Of a DNA stretch of 64,000 nucleotides, positions 36,746 to 45,968 are shown piece after piece. Each line of letters starts with the position of its first letter. The first letter of the stretch is position 1. The notes under the pieces were generated by a model, which worked only from the letters and a program-made list of their open reading frames with translations, was not told the DNA's origin and did no database searches. Source of the DNA: an uncultured Flavobacteriaceae bacterium (GTDB lineage Bacteria; Bacteroidota; Bacteroidia; Flavobacteriales; Flavobacteriaceae); the NCBI GenBank assembly GCA_942492095.1, contig CALODC010000009.1, forward strand, positions 45,066 through 109,065, written 5' to 3'. The position numbers were made by a program, and so were the translations under genes.

Positions 36746-37690
36746 ATGAAGGGCACTGTTTATAAGTCTACAGGGAGTTGGTATACGGTAAAAACTCAGA
36801 AAGGCGATTTTATTGAATGCAGGATTAAGGGGAAATTCCGTATCAAGGGAATTAAAAGTACCAACCCTATTGCTGTGGGTGATAAAGTGAGCTATGAACT
36901 GGAAGAAACCGGAGACACCACCTATGGTGTGATCCACAAGATAGAGGACCGGAAGAATTATATTATCCGAAAATCTGTGAACCTTTCCAAACAAACCCAT
37001 ATTATTGCCGCCAATATAGACAGGGTCTTCCTTATGATCACTTTAAATAACCCGAAGACCTACACTACCTTTATTGACCGTTTTTTGGCTACTTCTGAGG
37101 CCTATGATATTGAGACCGTGCTTATTTTTAATAAGATAGATACGTATAATGAGGAGGAACTTGCCGAGATCAAATACCTCGCAGCCTTATATCGAAAGAT
37201 AGGCTATACCTGCCTGGGGGTTTCTGCAAAAAAAGGGACCAAGGTAGAACAGGTGAAAGAGTTGATGCTGGGCAATACCAGTATGTTCTCAGGAAATTCG
37301 GGAGTTGGAAAGACTACCCTAATCAATGCCATTGAACCATCCCTTCAACTGAAGACCGCAGAAATTTCGGAACAACATTATCAGGGACAACACACTACCA
37401 CTTTTGCGGAAATGTTCGATCTTAGTTTTGATGCCCGTATCATAGATACGCCGGGGATCAAAGGATTTGGCCTGGTAGATATGGCAAAAGAAGAAATTGG
37501 CGACTATTTCCCTGAATTTTTTGAGCTAAAACAAGCCTGTAAATTCAATAATTGTATGCATATTGATGAACCCCAATGTGCCGTTAAAGAGGCGCTGGAA
37601 AATGATGAAATAGCTTGGAGCAGGTATAAGAGTTATCTGCAAATGGTAAGTGGGGAGGAAGATACCTACCGCTTTGATGAATTTGAGTAA
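36746..37690 (+). CDS. rsgA: Ribosome small-subunit-dependent GTPase A
   Basis: OB-fold N-terminus, circularly permuted GTPase motifs (NKID, GNSGVGKTTLIN, DTPG) and zinc knuckle CKFNNCMHIDEPQC. Confidence 0.92.
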   Translation: MKGTVYKSTGSWYTVKTQKGDFIECRIKGKFRIKGIKSTNPIAVGDKVSYELEETGDTTYGVIHKIEDRKNYIIRKSVNLSKQTHIIAANIDRVFLMITLNNPKTYTTFIDRFLATSEAYDIETVLIFNKIDTYNEEELAEIKYLAALYRKIGYTCLGVSAKKGTKVEQVKELMLGNTSMFSGNSGVGKTTLINAIEPSLQLKTAEISEQHYQGQHTTTFAEMFDLSFDARIIDTPGIKGFGLVDMAKEEIGDYFPEFFELKQACKFNNCMHIDEPQCAVKEALENDEIAWSRYKSYLQMVSGEEDTYRFDEFE

Positions 37691-37723
37691 AAAGGGGAGG
37701 AGCCGTAAATAGTAATTTTAAGA

Positions 37724-38180
37724 ATGAGAGCAGTCATCCAACGAGTTGCCTGGGCACACGTAACCGTAGAGAGCAGGCGAATTGCAGAAATAGGACAAGG
37801 TATGCTGATCCTTCTAGGTATAGAAGATGCCGATGCTGCAGAAGACATCGCCTGGCTAAGTCGTAAAATTGCAAACCTTCGTATCTTTAATGATGAGGAT
37901 GGGGTGATGAACAAGTCATTGATTGAGATGAACGGAGATGCCATAGTGGTGAGTCAGTTTACCCTGCACGCCAGTACCAAAAAAGGAAACAGACCTTCCT
38001 ATATCAAGGCTTCCAAACCCGGCAGTAGCCATTCCTCTCTATGAGCAATTCGTAGTTCAGTTAGAGAACGATCTCACCAGGAAAGTAGGAACCGGAATCT
38101 TTGGCGCGGATATGAAAGTGGAGCTTTTAAATGACGGACCTGTGACCATAATGATAGACACTAAAAACAAAGATCTATGA
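37724..38180 (+). pseudogene. dtd: D-aminoacyl-tRNA deacylase, interrupted by a 1-nt insertion
   Basis: MRAVIQRV...VVSQFTLHASTKKGNRPSYIKASKP runs in one frame to a TGA at 38042-38044. The conserved remainder AVAIPLYEQFV...GIFGADMKVELLNDGPVTIMIDT continues in the +1 frame to the TGA at 38178-38180. The switch is at CCCGG, 38018-38022. Confidence 0.7.
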
Positions 38181-38503
38181 ATATTAATAACGCACAAACT
38201 GCTGTAGATGAATGGATCAAAGCCCACGGAGTTCGCTATTTTAACGAACTCACCAATATGGCCCAACTTACCGAAGAGGTTGGGGAGGTTGCCCGTATCA
38301 TTGCAAGGCGGTACGGCGAACAAAGCGAAAAGCCCTCGGATATGGATAAGGATCTGGGAGAAGAACTGGCCGATGTTCTCTTTGTAGTGCTCTGTCTGGC
38401 TAATCAAACAGGGATAGACCTGCAGGCAGCATTCGATAAGAAATTAGATCTCAAGGCCAAGCGCGATCACAAACGGCATCAGGATAACAAAAAGTTGAAA
38501 TAA
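38177..38503 (+). CDS. MazG-like nucleotide pyrophosphohydrolase
   Basis: EEVGEVARII...LGEELADVLFVVLCLAN (EExxE...ExxD MazG signature). ATGA overlap with the end of dtd. Confidence 0.8.
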   Translation: MNINNAQTAVDEWIKAHGVRYFNELTNMAQLTEEVGEVARIIARRYGEQSEKPSDMDKDLGEELADVLFVVLCLANQTGIDLQAAFDKKLDLKAKRDHKRHQDNKKLK

Positions 38504-38577
38504 TCCTATCTTTGATGCTTCAGGAAAGTAATAATCCCTGAAGCTCAGCTGTTCAAAACCCTTAAATCCAATCTGGC

Positions 38578-39828
38578 TTGAAACTGCACCTCTCTGGTCC
38601 ACCCACATCCATAGTAAGATCCGCCATAAAGATCACCGGATCAAAGAGTGAATCTAACCGACTCCTCATTCTCCAGGCACTTTACCCCGATCTCCGCATT
38701 GAGAATTTATCCAATGCAGATGACGTTAAGGTGATGCGGAACGGGCTTAAAATTTCCAAAGGGGAAGTAGATATCCACCATGCCGGGACGGCCATGCGCT
38801 TTCTCACAGCCTATTTCGCCTCCAGGAAAGGGACAGATATTGTCTTAACAGGATCTTCCAGGATGCAGGAACGCCCCATTAAAGTGTTGGTAGATGCCCT
38901 GAGAAAACTGGGAGCCGATATTCAATATCAGAATAATGAAGGATACCCGCCTCTGCACATCAAGGGAAGACAACTTACGGCAGAGCGGGTAAGTTTACCG
39001 GCAAATATTAGTAGCCAGTTTATTTCCGCCTTATTATTGATCGCAGCCAGTTTACCAAATGGCCTGGTGATAGAACTCCTGGGTAAGATCACTTCGGTTC
39101 CCTATATCAACATGACGCTTTCCCTTCTGGAAACGCTTGGTATCCAAACCGCCTTTATCGGGAACACCATTGAGGTGCACCCCACGAAGACCGCAAGATC
39201 CACAAAGGTGGTGGTAGAATCTGACTGGAGCTCAGTGTCCTATTTTTACAGTATTGTGGCCCTCAGTGACCCCGGGACCCACCTGGAGATTACATCCTAT
39301 ACCCCAGATAGCCTTCAGGGAGATAGGATATTGGCCCAGATATATACTCATTTTGGGGTGGAAACAGCCTTTAAAGGCAAGGCGCTGCACCTTTTTAAAA
39401 GAAGTGAGCTGACCGGAAAAATCGATAAAAATGGTGCTGAGCAACTACTTTCGCTAAACCTGGCGGATGCCCCGGATATTGCACAAACCATTGTAGTTAC
39501 TTGCTTTGGTTTGGGAATAGGCTGCCACCTTAGCGGCTTACACACCTTAAAGATCAAAGAAACAGATAGGCTGGAGGCTCTCAAAAACGAACTCACCAAA
39601 TTAGGAGCGAGTGTAATTGTAACTGATAAGGACCTTACGCTGGCCGCAGGAGGAAGTATCAAAAATGAGGTAACCATAGAAACGTATAATGATCACCGCA
39701 TGGCCATGGCGTTTGCCCCTTTGGCCATGAAAACCTCCCTGTTTATAAATGATGCAGGGGTTGTGTCTAAATCCTATCCCGACTTTTGGAATGACCTAAA
39801 AACATTGAATTTTAAGATCTCTTCTTAG
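38578..39828 (+). CDS. aroA: 3-phosphoshikimate 1-carboxyvinyltransferase (EPSP synthase)
   Basis: ITGSKSESNRLLILQAL, HHAGTAMRFL, ETDRLEALKNEL, DHRMAMAFAPL. A TTG start is required because the next in-frame Met lies inside conserved sequence. Confidence 0.9.
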   Translation: MKLHLSGPPTSIVRSAIKITGSKSESNRLLILQALYPDLRIENLSNADDVKVMRNGLKISKGEVDIHHAGTAMRFLTAYFASRKGTDIVLTGSSRMQERPIKVLVDALRKLGADIQYQNNEGYPPLHIKGRQLTAERVSLPANISSQFISALLLIAASLPNGLVIELLGKITSVPYINMTLSLLETLGIQTAFIGNTIEVHPTKTARSTKVVVESDWSSVSYFYSIVALSDPGTHLEITSYTPDSLQGDRILAQIYTHFGVETAFKGKALHLFKRSELTGKIDKNGAEQLLSLNLADAPDIAQTIVVTCFGLGIGCHLSGLHTLKIKETDRLEALKNELTKLGASVIVTDKDLTLAAGGSIKNEVTIETYNDHRMAMAFAPLAMKTSLFINDAGVVSKSYPDFWNDLKTLNFKISS

Positions 39829-39854
39829 GATTCCTTATTTAATCCGTCTTTTAC

Positions 39855-39886
39855 TTGACATCGCCTGTTCCAGGGTCGTATATTTG
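39855..39886 (+). promoter_or_regulatory. Candidate Bacteroidota sigma-A promoter for queA
   Basis: TTG (39855-39857), a 21-nt spacer, then TATATTTG (39879-39886), which matches the TAnnTTTG -7 consensus. Lies 105 nt upstream of the queA ATG. Confidence 0.35.
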
Positions 39887-39990
39887 CAGGCTTAAAAAAA
39901 GGGCGTAAAATCAGAAGTATGTCGCGTTTTTATAAAACATGCCTTTGTTTTCTTCTCTTTCAATACATATCAGCCTAAAAGTAAAACTCT

Positions 39991-41040
39991 ATGAAATTAT
40001 CGCATTTCAATTTTGAACTTCCGAAAGAGCTATTGGCAGAATATCCCTCGGAACACAGGGATGAATCTAAATTAATGGTCATCCATAAGGACACCGGCAA
40101 AATTGAACATAAAATGTTCAAAGACCTTATCAATTATTTTGATGAGAATGACGTCATGGTTTTAAATAACACCAAAGTGTTTCCTGCCAGATTATTTGGG
40201 AATAAGGAAAAGACCGGTGCGCGGATCGAGGTTTTTCTGCTTCGCGAATTGAATGAAGAGCAACGCCTTTGGGATGTATTGGTAGACCCGGCCAGGAAGA
40301 TCAGGATAGGGAATAAACTGTATTTTGGTGAAGATGAAAGTCTGGTAGCTGAGGTCATAGATAATACTACTTCCAGAGGACGTACATTGCGTTTCCTGTA
40401 TGATGGTGCCTATATTGATTTTAGAAGAAAATTACGTGAATTAGGCGAAACGCCTTTACCGAAATACATAAAGCGCTCTGTGGAGCCGGAAGATGAACAG
40501 CGGTATCAGACCATTTATGCGAAACACGAAGGTGCAGTGGCAGCACCAACAGCCGGACTCCATTTTTCGAAACACCTTTTGAAACGACTTGAGATCAAAG
40601 GGATCAAATTTGCAGAGGTAACCCTGCACGTAGGTTTGGGCACCTTTAATCCTGTTGAGGTAGAGGATCTTTCCAAACACAAAATGGATAGCGAAGAATT
40701 GGTGATCGATGAGAAAGCCACTGAAATAGTGAACAACGCCAAAAACAATAAACGAAGGATCTGTGCGGTGGGAACTACTGCTATGAGAGGCTTGGAAAGT
40801 GCTGTTTCTTCGGAGCATATGTTAAACACTTTTGACGGCTGGACAAACAAGTTCATCTTTCCTCCATATGAGTTCAGTATTGCCAATGCCATGGTCACCA
40901 ACTTTCATTTACCGAAATCGACCCTGTTAATGATGGTCTCAGCATTCTTGGGGCACGATCTTATGAAACGCGCTTACAAGGAAGCCATTATTGAAGGATA
41001 TCGTTTTTATTCTTATGGCGATGCCATGCTGATCATATAA
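39991..41040 (+). CDS. queA: tRNA preQ1(34) S-adenosylmethionine ribosyltransferase-isomerase
   Basis: [52 protein letters not shown]. Confidence 0.93.
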   Translation: MKLSHFNFELPKELLAEYPSEHRDESKLMVIHKDTGKIEHKMFKDLINYFDENDVMVLNNTKVFPARLFGNKEKTGARIEVFLLRELNEEQRLWDVLVDPARKIRIGNKLYFGEDESLVAEVIDNTTSRGRTLRFLYDGAYIDFRRKLRELGETPLPKYIKRSVEPEDEQRYQTIYAKHEGAVAAPTAGLHFSKHLLKRLEIKGIKFAEVTLHVGLGTFNPVEVEDLSKHKMDSEELVIDEKATEIVNNAKNNKRRICAVGTTAMRGLESAVSSEHMLNTFDGWTNKFIFPPYEFSIANAMVTNFHLPKSTLLMMVSAFLGHDLMKRAYKEAIIEGYRFYSYGDAMLII

Positions 41041-41059
41041 GTCAAGAAATAATCAAAAG

Positions 41060-41107
41060 ATCCTGCGCCACCTAAATTCGTTTAGAGGAGCAGGATTTCT
41101 TATTTTT
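41060..41107 (+). terminator. Probable rho-independent terminator after queA
   Basis: Long interrupted hairpin with outer stem ATCCTGC (41060-41066) / GCAGGAT (41090-41096) and inner stem CCTAAA-TTCG-TTTAG, followed by T-rich TTCTTATTTTT. Confidence 0.45.
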
Positions 41108-41111
41108 AACC

Positions 41112-42155
41112 ATGGATACCATCCAAAAGAAAGACATCCGGGCCCTAAACAGGGAACAACTTAAATCCTTCTTCACCGAACGTGGAGATAAGGCTTTTAG
41201 GGGAGACCAGGTATTTGAATGGTTATGGAAGAAAGGAGCACATTCCTTTGAGGATATGACCAATCTCTCCAAAGAGACACGTGCGATGCTGATGGATCAC
41301 TATGTGATTAATCACATTAAGGTAGATAACATGCAGCGCAGTACCGATGGGACCATCAAAAATGCCGTGCGCCTTCACGACGGCTTAATAGTAGAGTCGG
41401 TTTTAATCCCCACCGCATCCCGGACCACAGCCTGTGTTTCGAGTCAGGTAGGTTGTAGTTTAGATTGTAAATTTTGTGCCACTTCCAGGCTAAAAAGGAT
41501 GCGCAACCTCAATCCGGATGAGATCTATGACCAGGTAGTAGCCATTGATCGTCAAAGCAGACTCTATCACGGAAGACCTTTGAGTAATATTGTTTTTATG
41601 GGGATGGGGGAACCTTTGATGAACTACAATAACTTATTGAAATCTATTGAGAAGATCACCGGTAACGAAGGCCTGGGAATGTCTCCCAAGCGGATCACGG
41701 TCTCTACCTCCGGAGTCCCAAAGATGATTCGAAAAATGGCCGATGACGAAGTAAAATTCAAGCTAGCTGTTTCCCTGCATTCGGCCATAGATAGTGTGCG
41801 CACCTCCATCATGCCTTTTAATGCCACTTTTACATTGGAAGAGCTCAGAGAATCTTTGATCTATTGGTATCAGAAGACCAAAAGCAGAATCACCTATGAA
41901 TATGTTGTCTGGGAAGGGATCAATGATACTCAGAAAGATGTGGATGCGCTGATTAATTTCTGCAAATTTGCGCCCTCCAAGGTAAATTTGATCGAATACA
42001 ATCCCATAGATGATGGCATTTTCCAACAAGCTGATGATTCGGCACTTAGCCTCTACGTCAATGCCCTGGAAAAGAGTGGAATTACAGTTACCATTCGTCG
42101 TTCTCGCGGGAAGGATATTGATGCGGCATGCGGACAATTGGCAAACAAATCCTAG
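41112..42155 (+). CDS. rlmN: 23S rRNA/tRNA (adenine-C2)-methyltransferase, radical SAM
   Basis: Radical-SAM CSLDCKFCAT, GMGEPLMNY, and the C-terminal catalytic Cys in DIDAACGQL. Confidence 0.93.
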   Translation: MDTIQKKDIRALNREQLKSFFTERGDKAFRGDQVFEWLWKKGAHSFEDMTNLSKETRAMLMDHYVINHIKVDNMQRSTDGTIKNAVRLHDGLIVESVLIPTASRTTACVSSQVGCSLDCKFCATSRLKRMRNLNPDEIYDQVVAIDRQSRLYHGRPLSNIVFMGMGEPLMNYNNLLKSIEKITGNEGLGMSPKRITVSTSGVPKMIRKMADDEVKFKLAVSLHSAIDSVRTSIMPFNATFTLEELRESLIYWYQKTKSRITYEYVVWEGINDTQKDVDALINFCKFAPSKVNLIEYNPIDDGIFQQADDSALSLYVNALEKSGITVTIRRSRGKDIDAACGQLANKS

Positions 42156-42281
42156 TCCTGCATCGCAAAACGGATTAAGATTTCGTTTTTGAAAGAATAT
42201 ATAGGCAGCTCTCCCCAAGTGCCTTGTAATTTTTACCTAATTTTAGTGCACTAATAAGATCGTTATTTCAAACTCTCTTCA

Positions 42282-43259
42282 TTGAAAATAGTATCTCAAA
42301 TAAAGGAACCTGTTAGCAAGGAAATGGAGCTCTTTGAGCAGAAGTTCTTTGAATCCATGACTTCTAAAGTGGCCCTTTTAAACAGGATCACCTATTATAT
42401 TGTAAATAGGAAAGGGAAACAAATGCGACCTATGTTTGTTTTTCTCACTGCCAAACTAGTTAATGACGGAGAAATAAATGAACGCACCTACAGAGGCGCT
42501 TCGGTCATAGAATTGATACACACTGCTTCATTGGTCCATGACGATGTAGTGGATGAAAGCTATAAACGCAGAGGATTCTTTTCCATCAATGCCCTATGGA
42601 AGAATAAAATAGCGGTTCTGGTGGGCGATTATCTCCTATCAAAAGGTATGTTGCTATCTGTGGAGCATGGCGATTTTGATTTGTTAAAGATCATTTCAGT
42701 GGCCATCAGGGAGATCAGCGAAGGGGAATTATTGCAACTGGAAAAAGCCAGGCGGCTAGACATAGATGAAGCGGTTTATTACGAGATCATCAGGCAGAAA
42801 ACAGCCACTTTGATTGCCGCTTGCTGCAGCCTGGGCGCCTGTTCGGTACAACCAGATACACCACACGTAGAAACCTTTCGCAAATTTGGTGAATTATGTG
42901 GGATGGCTTTCCAGATCAAAGACGACCTCTTTGATTACGGGGAAACACAAATTGGCAAGCCTACCGGGATCGATATCAAAGAACAAAAAATGACCCTCCC
43001 GTTGATTTATGTTCTGAATAACGTTCCTGAAAAAGACAAACGATGGCTCATCAATTCCGTAAAGAATCATAACAAAGACAAGAAAAGGGTCAAAGAAGTT
43101 ATACAATTTGTGAAAGATAAAGGAGGATTGGAATACGCCGAATCTAAAATGCATGCCTATCAGGATGAGGCACTCAAACTCCTGGATACCTACCCAGATT
43201 CCCCCTACAAGGAGGCCCTGCAGTTAATGGTGAATTATGTGGTAGATCGAAAAAAGTAA
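42282..43259 (+). CDS. Polyprenyl diphosphate synthase (octaprenyl/solanesyl type)
   Basis: Two DDxxD motifs: LVHDDVVDES and FQIKDDLFDY. TTG start at 42282 (alternative Met 15). Confidence 0.88.
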   Translation: MKIVSQIKEPVSKEMELFEQKFFESMTSKVALLNRITYYIVNRKGKQMRPMFVFLTAKLVNDGEINERTYRGASVIELIHTASLVHDDVVDESYKRRGFFSINALWKNKIAVLVGDYLLSKGMLLSVEHGDFDLLKIISVAIREISEGELLQLEKARRLDIDEAVYYEIIRQKTATLIAACCSLGACSVQPDTPHVETFRKFGELCGMAFQIKDDLFDYGETQIGKPTGIDIKEQKMTLPLIYVLNNVPEKDKRWLINSVKNHNKDKKRVKEVIQFVKDKGGLEYAESKMHAYQDEALKLLDTYPDSPYKEALQLMVNYVVDRKK

Positions 43260-43306
43260 TGTATCGACCCACATTTTCAAAAAATTATTAATTTTTTTCT
43301 GGTTGA

Positions 43307-43334
43307 GGCAACGTTTTTGATGTTTAGTACGTCT
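43307..43334 (+). promoter_or_regulatory. Candidate ECF-type (autoregulated) promoter
   Basis: GGCAAC (43307-43312), a 17-nt spacer, then CGTCT (43330-43334), 24 nt upstream of the sigma-factor ATG. Fits the generic ECF pattern GGAAC-N16/17-CGT. Confidence 0.35.
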
Positions 43335-43357
43335 ATAACAATAGAAGACCACACTAA

Positions 43358-43921
43358 ATGAAGATCATTTCATTTTATGAAAACGAAAAAGGGATGCTGA
43401 AAAAAGCACTCAAAGGGGATAGAAATGCCCAGCGCTTACTGTATGAAAAATTTGCCCCTAAGATGCTGTCTGTTTGCAGGCAGTACATCAAAGATCAGCA
43501 TTTTGCTGAAGACGTAATGATCTGTGGCTTTGTGAAGGTCTTTAAAAACTTACACAGCTTCCGTAATGAAGGAAGTTTTGAGGGTTGGATACGAAAAATC
43601 ATGATACGGGAATCTATCACCTTTCTCAGGAAAAATCAGTTTGTGGTCTTCGATACGGACCAAATGGAGGAGGTTGTAGAGGAAAACTTATATCTGGAAT
43701 CATCCTTACAGGCCACAGAGGTGCAAACCCTGGTGGACTCACTTCCCGAAGGATATAAAATGGTCTTTGTGCTATATGTGGTTGAAGGGTATAAGCATCA
43801 GGAAATTGCAGAGATGCTCAACATTTCCGAGAGCACGTCAAAATCGCAGCTCTTTAAGGCGCGTAATTATTTACAGCAAAGAATTAGCAGATTGGCCCTG
43901 GCGAAAGAGGTGCGATCTTAA
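43358..43921 (+). CDS. ECF-type RNA polymerase sigma-70 family factor
   Basis: Region 2 (FEGWIRKIMIRESITFLRK) and region 4 HTH (EGYKHQEIAEMLNISESTSKSQLFKAR). The start may instead be Met 13 (43394). Confidence 0.88.
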   Translation: MKIISFYENEKGMLKKALKGDRNAQRLLYEKFAPKMLSVCRQYIKDQHFAEDVMICGFVKVFKNLHSFRNEGSFEGWIRKIMIRESITFLRKNQFVVFDTDQMEEVVEENLYLESSLQATEVQTLVDSLPEGYKMVFVLYVVEGYKHQEIAEMLNISESTSKSQLFKARNYLQQRISRLALAKEVRS

Positions 43922-43932
43922 AAAGAAATATC

Positions 43933-44667
43933 ATGGCAAAGAACAGTGTAGAGAAGAAAATAAGAGAAGTATTGCAGGAACGAACAGTTACGCCTTCTAC
44001 TAGTGCCTGGAGTAAAGTTGAAGCTCAACTGGGACCTACTTCAACAGCTCCCGGCTTCAAGTTTTGGAGCTATGGGATCGCCGCAGGGTTTATTGGAGTT
44101 TTATTTATTTCAATATTCTATTTCACCCAACGCGAGAATGAGGTGCTTCCAACGCAGGAAGTAGTCAGAACTAATGCCACGGAACTGGAGGTTCTTGATG
44201 CTGATAAAATACAAGGATCTACATACCTCGGATCTGAGAAAACAGAGGTTATTGTTCAGAAAACCACGGAAGTATTTGACCAACCTTTAGTGGAGATCCC
44301 AGCGGAAACTAATAAGATGCTGGCACATGACGCCAGGAATCCGGAGATTAGTGACGAAAGGGTGGTGGAAGACTATGTTTCTTTAGAGAAGGTAGACACA
44401 AAAATAGCGGAGGTTATGTCACAGGTATCCCTGTTGGAACAAAGCAAAGGAAGGGTGAGCGATGCCACAGTAGATTCATTATTAAGGGCCGCTCAAAAGG
44501 AACTGCTTGGAGAGCAAGTTCTTTGGGAGCCACAAGCCATAGATGCCCTGGCACTTTTGACAGACGTGGAGGACGAACTCAACCTTTCCTTGAGAGATCA
44601 GTTATTTGAAAAATTAAAAGATGGCTATGAAAAAGTAAGGTCGGCCATTGCCTATCGCAACGAGTAA
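43933..44667 (+). CDS. Membrane-anchored hypothetical protein, putative anti-sigma factor
   Basis: Lies 11 nt after the sigma gene. Short cytoplasmic N-terminus, a single TM (FWSYGIAAGFIGVLFISIFYF) and an acidic extracytoplasmic tail. No conserved motif recognised. Confidence 0.45.
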   Translation: MAKNSVEKKIREVLQERTVTPSTSAWSKVEAQLGPTSTAPGFKFWSYGIAAGFIGVLFISIFYFTQRENEVLPTQEVVRTNATELEVLDADKIQGSTYLGSEKTEVIVQKTTEVFDQPLVEIPAETNKMLAHDARNPEISDERVVEDYVSLEKVDTKIAEVMSQVSLLEQSKGRVSDATVDSLLRAAQKELLGEQVLWEPQAIDALALLTDVEDELNLSLRDQLFEKLKDGYEKVRSAIAYRNE

Positions 44668-44759
44668 TCAACATTCATATTAGATTTATTTTCTTCATAC
44701 AAAGCTATGAGGACAGGAGAAGTTTATTCATCAATCATTCATCAAAAAACACAGACATT

Positions 44760-45845
44760 ATGACAACAGTAGTTAAAGTAGCCCTCGGGATTTTATTATT
44801 TTTTCTTGCCCAAAGTTTAAGTGCACAGACAGCGGTACAACAGAAAATTGATTCCCTTCGTCAACAGAAGGAACTGGTTACCCTGCAGGAGAAGGAAGCA
44901 CTGAAAAAAGAAGTTGAAGCCATCGTAACAAGGCAGAAAAATGGTGAGATCTCCCTGGAGGAAGCGCGCGAATTAAAGCAGGAAGCAGCGAAGAAACGAG
45001 CCCTTAACATTGAGAATAAACTGGCCATTCTGGATAACACTATTGCTCTTATGGATCGGAACAACGGAGATGGAAATATAGTGCAGGATACGGTTCCATA
45101 TCTGGCGAAAATCGAAATAGGATTTGGGCATAAGGACACTGATAATAGTAGGGTATTTGGTATTAAATATTCAAATAAAAAAGAAGGCAGGTCTGTTGTA
45201 TATGATCGAAGAACCTATTCTGACCTGGTGCTCGCTTTTGGGTTGAACAATGCTATTATAGACGGGCAATCTTTAGGGGATTCTCCTTATGAATTGGGAG
45301 GAAGCCGCTTTTTTGAAATTGGGGTAACATGGAGGACAAGGGTCTTTGAAAACTCTAACTTTTTGCGATTTGCCTATGGTCTGTCTTTTCAGTTTAATGG
45401 GCTAAATCCAAAGGATAACCAATATTTTGTTACAAATGGTTCTGAGACCACCCTGGAGACCTTTGATGTAGATCTGAGTAAATCAAAATTACGGATGGAT
45501 AACCTGGTTATTCCCCTCTACCTGGAGTTCGGACCTTCTAAAATGACCAAAACGGAGAGCAAAATAAGGTATTCTTTAAGAAACCAATTCAGGATCGGAA
45601 TAGGAGGCTATGGTGGATTTAATCTGGGTACCCGTCAAAAATTGAAATATGAGCGCAATGGGGAGCGTGCAAAGGACAAACTTAAACGTGGTTTTAACTC
45701 CAGTGATTTGGTCTATGGTCTCGCCGCTTATGTGGGAGTAGATGGGGTACTTCTTTATACCAAATACGATCTGAATCCCATTTTTAAGGATGCTACGATC
45801 AATCAGCGAAACATTTCTTTTGGGCTGCGTTTTGACCTCGATTAA
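44760..45845 (+). CDS. Outer-membrane beta-barrel (porin-family-like) protein with N-terminal coiled coil
   Basis: Signal peptide ending SLSAQ, a heptad-like charged segment (residues about 25-95), then alternating beta strands ending in FGLRFDLD. Confidence 0.5.
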   Translation: MTTVVKVALGILLFFLAQSLSAQTAVQQKIDSLRQQKELVTLQEKEALKKEVEAIVTRQKNGEISLEEARELKQEAAKKRALNIENKLAILDNTIALMDRNNGDGNIVQDTVPYLAKIEIGFGHKDTDNSRVFGIKYSNKKEGRSVVYDRRTYSDLVLAFGLNNAIIDGQSLGDSPYELGGSRFFEIGVTWRTRVFENSNFLRFAYGLSFQFNGLNPKDNQYFVTNGSETTLETFDVDLSKSKLRMDNLVIPLYLEFGPSKMTKTESKIRYSLRNQFRIGIGGYGGFNLGTRQKLKYERNGERAKDKLKRGFNSSDLVYGLAAYVGVDGVLLYTKYDLNPIFKDATINQRNISFGLRFDLD

Positions 45846-45902
45846 GAAAAGAACCAACCCCATTGTTTAGGGTACTTGGATAAGACCTGGATTTCATTCA
45901 TA

Positions 45903-45947
45903 AAACAGGGAATAGTTTTTTAAACCGTCCCTGTTTGTGTATTTTTA
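45903..45947 (+). terminator. Rho-independent terminator
   Basis: AAACAGGGA (45903-45911) / TCCCTGTTT (45928-45936), a 9-bp stem followed by GTGTATTTTTA. Confidence 0.5.
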
Positions 45948-45968
45948 TCCTTCCGTAACTATTGAATC

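Noticed and set aside
38018-38044. Programmed ribosomal frameshifting as an explanation for the dtd frame break
   Set aside because: There is no X-XXY-YYZ slippery heptamer, no prfB-like CUU-UGA context and no downstream structure. An indel (real or artefactual) is the simpler explanation.
38517-38544. Perfect 8-bp hairpin GCTTCAGG / CCTGAAGC between the mazG-like gene and aroA
   Set aside because: No U-tract follows, so it cannot be called an intrinsic terminator. It may be a processing or stability element, but there is no evidence either way.
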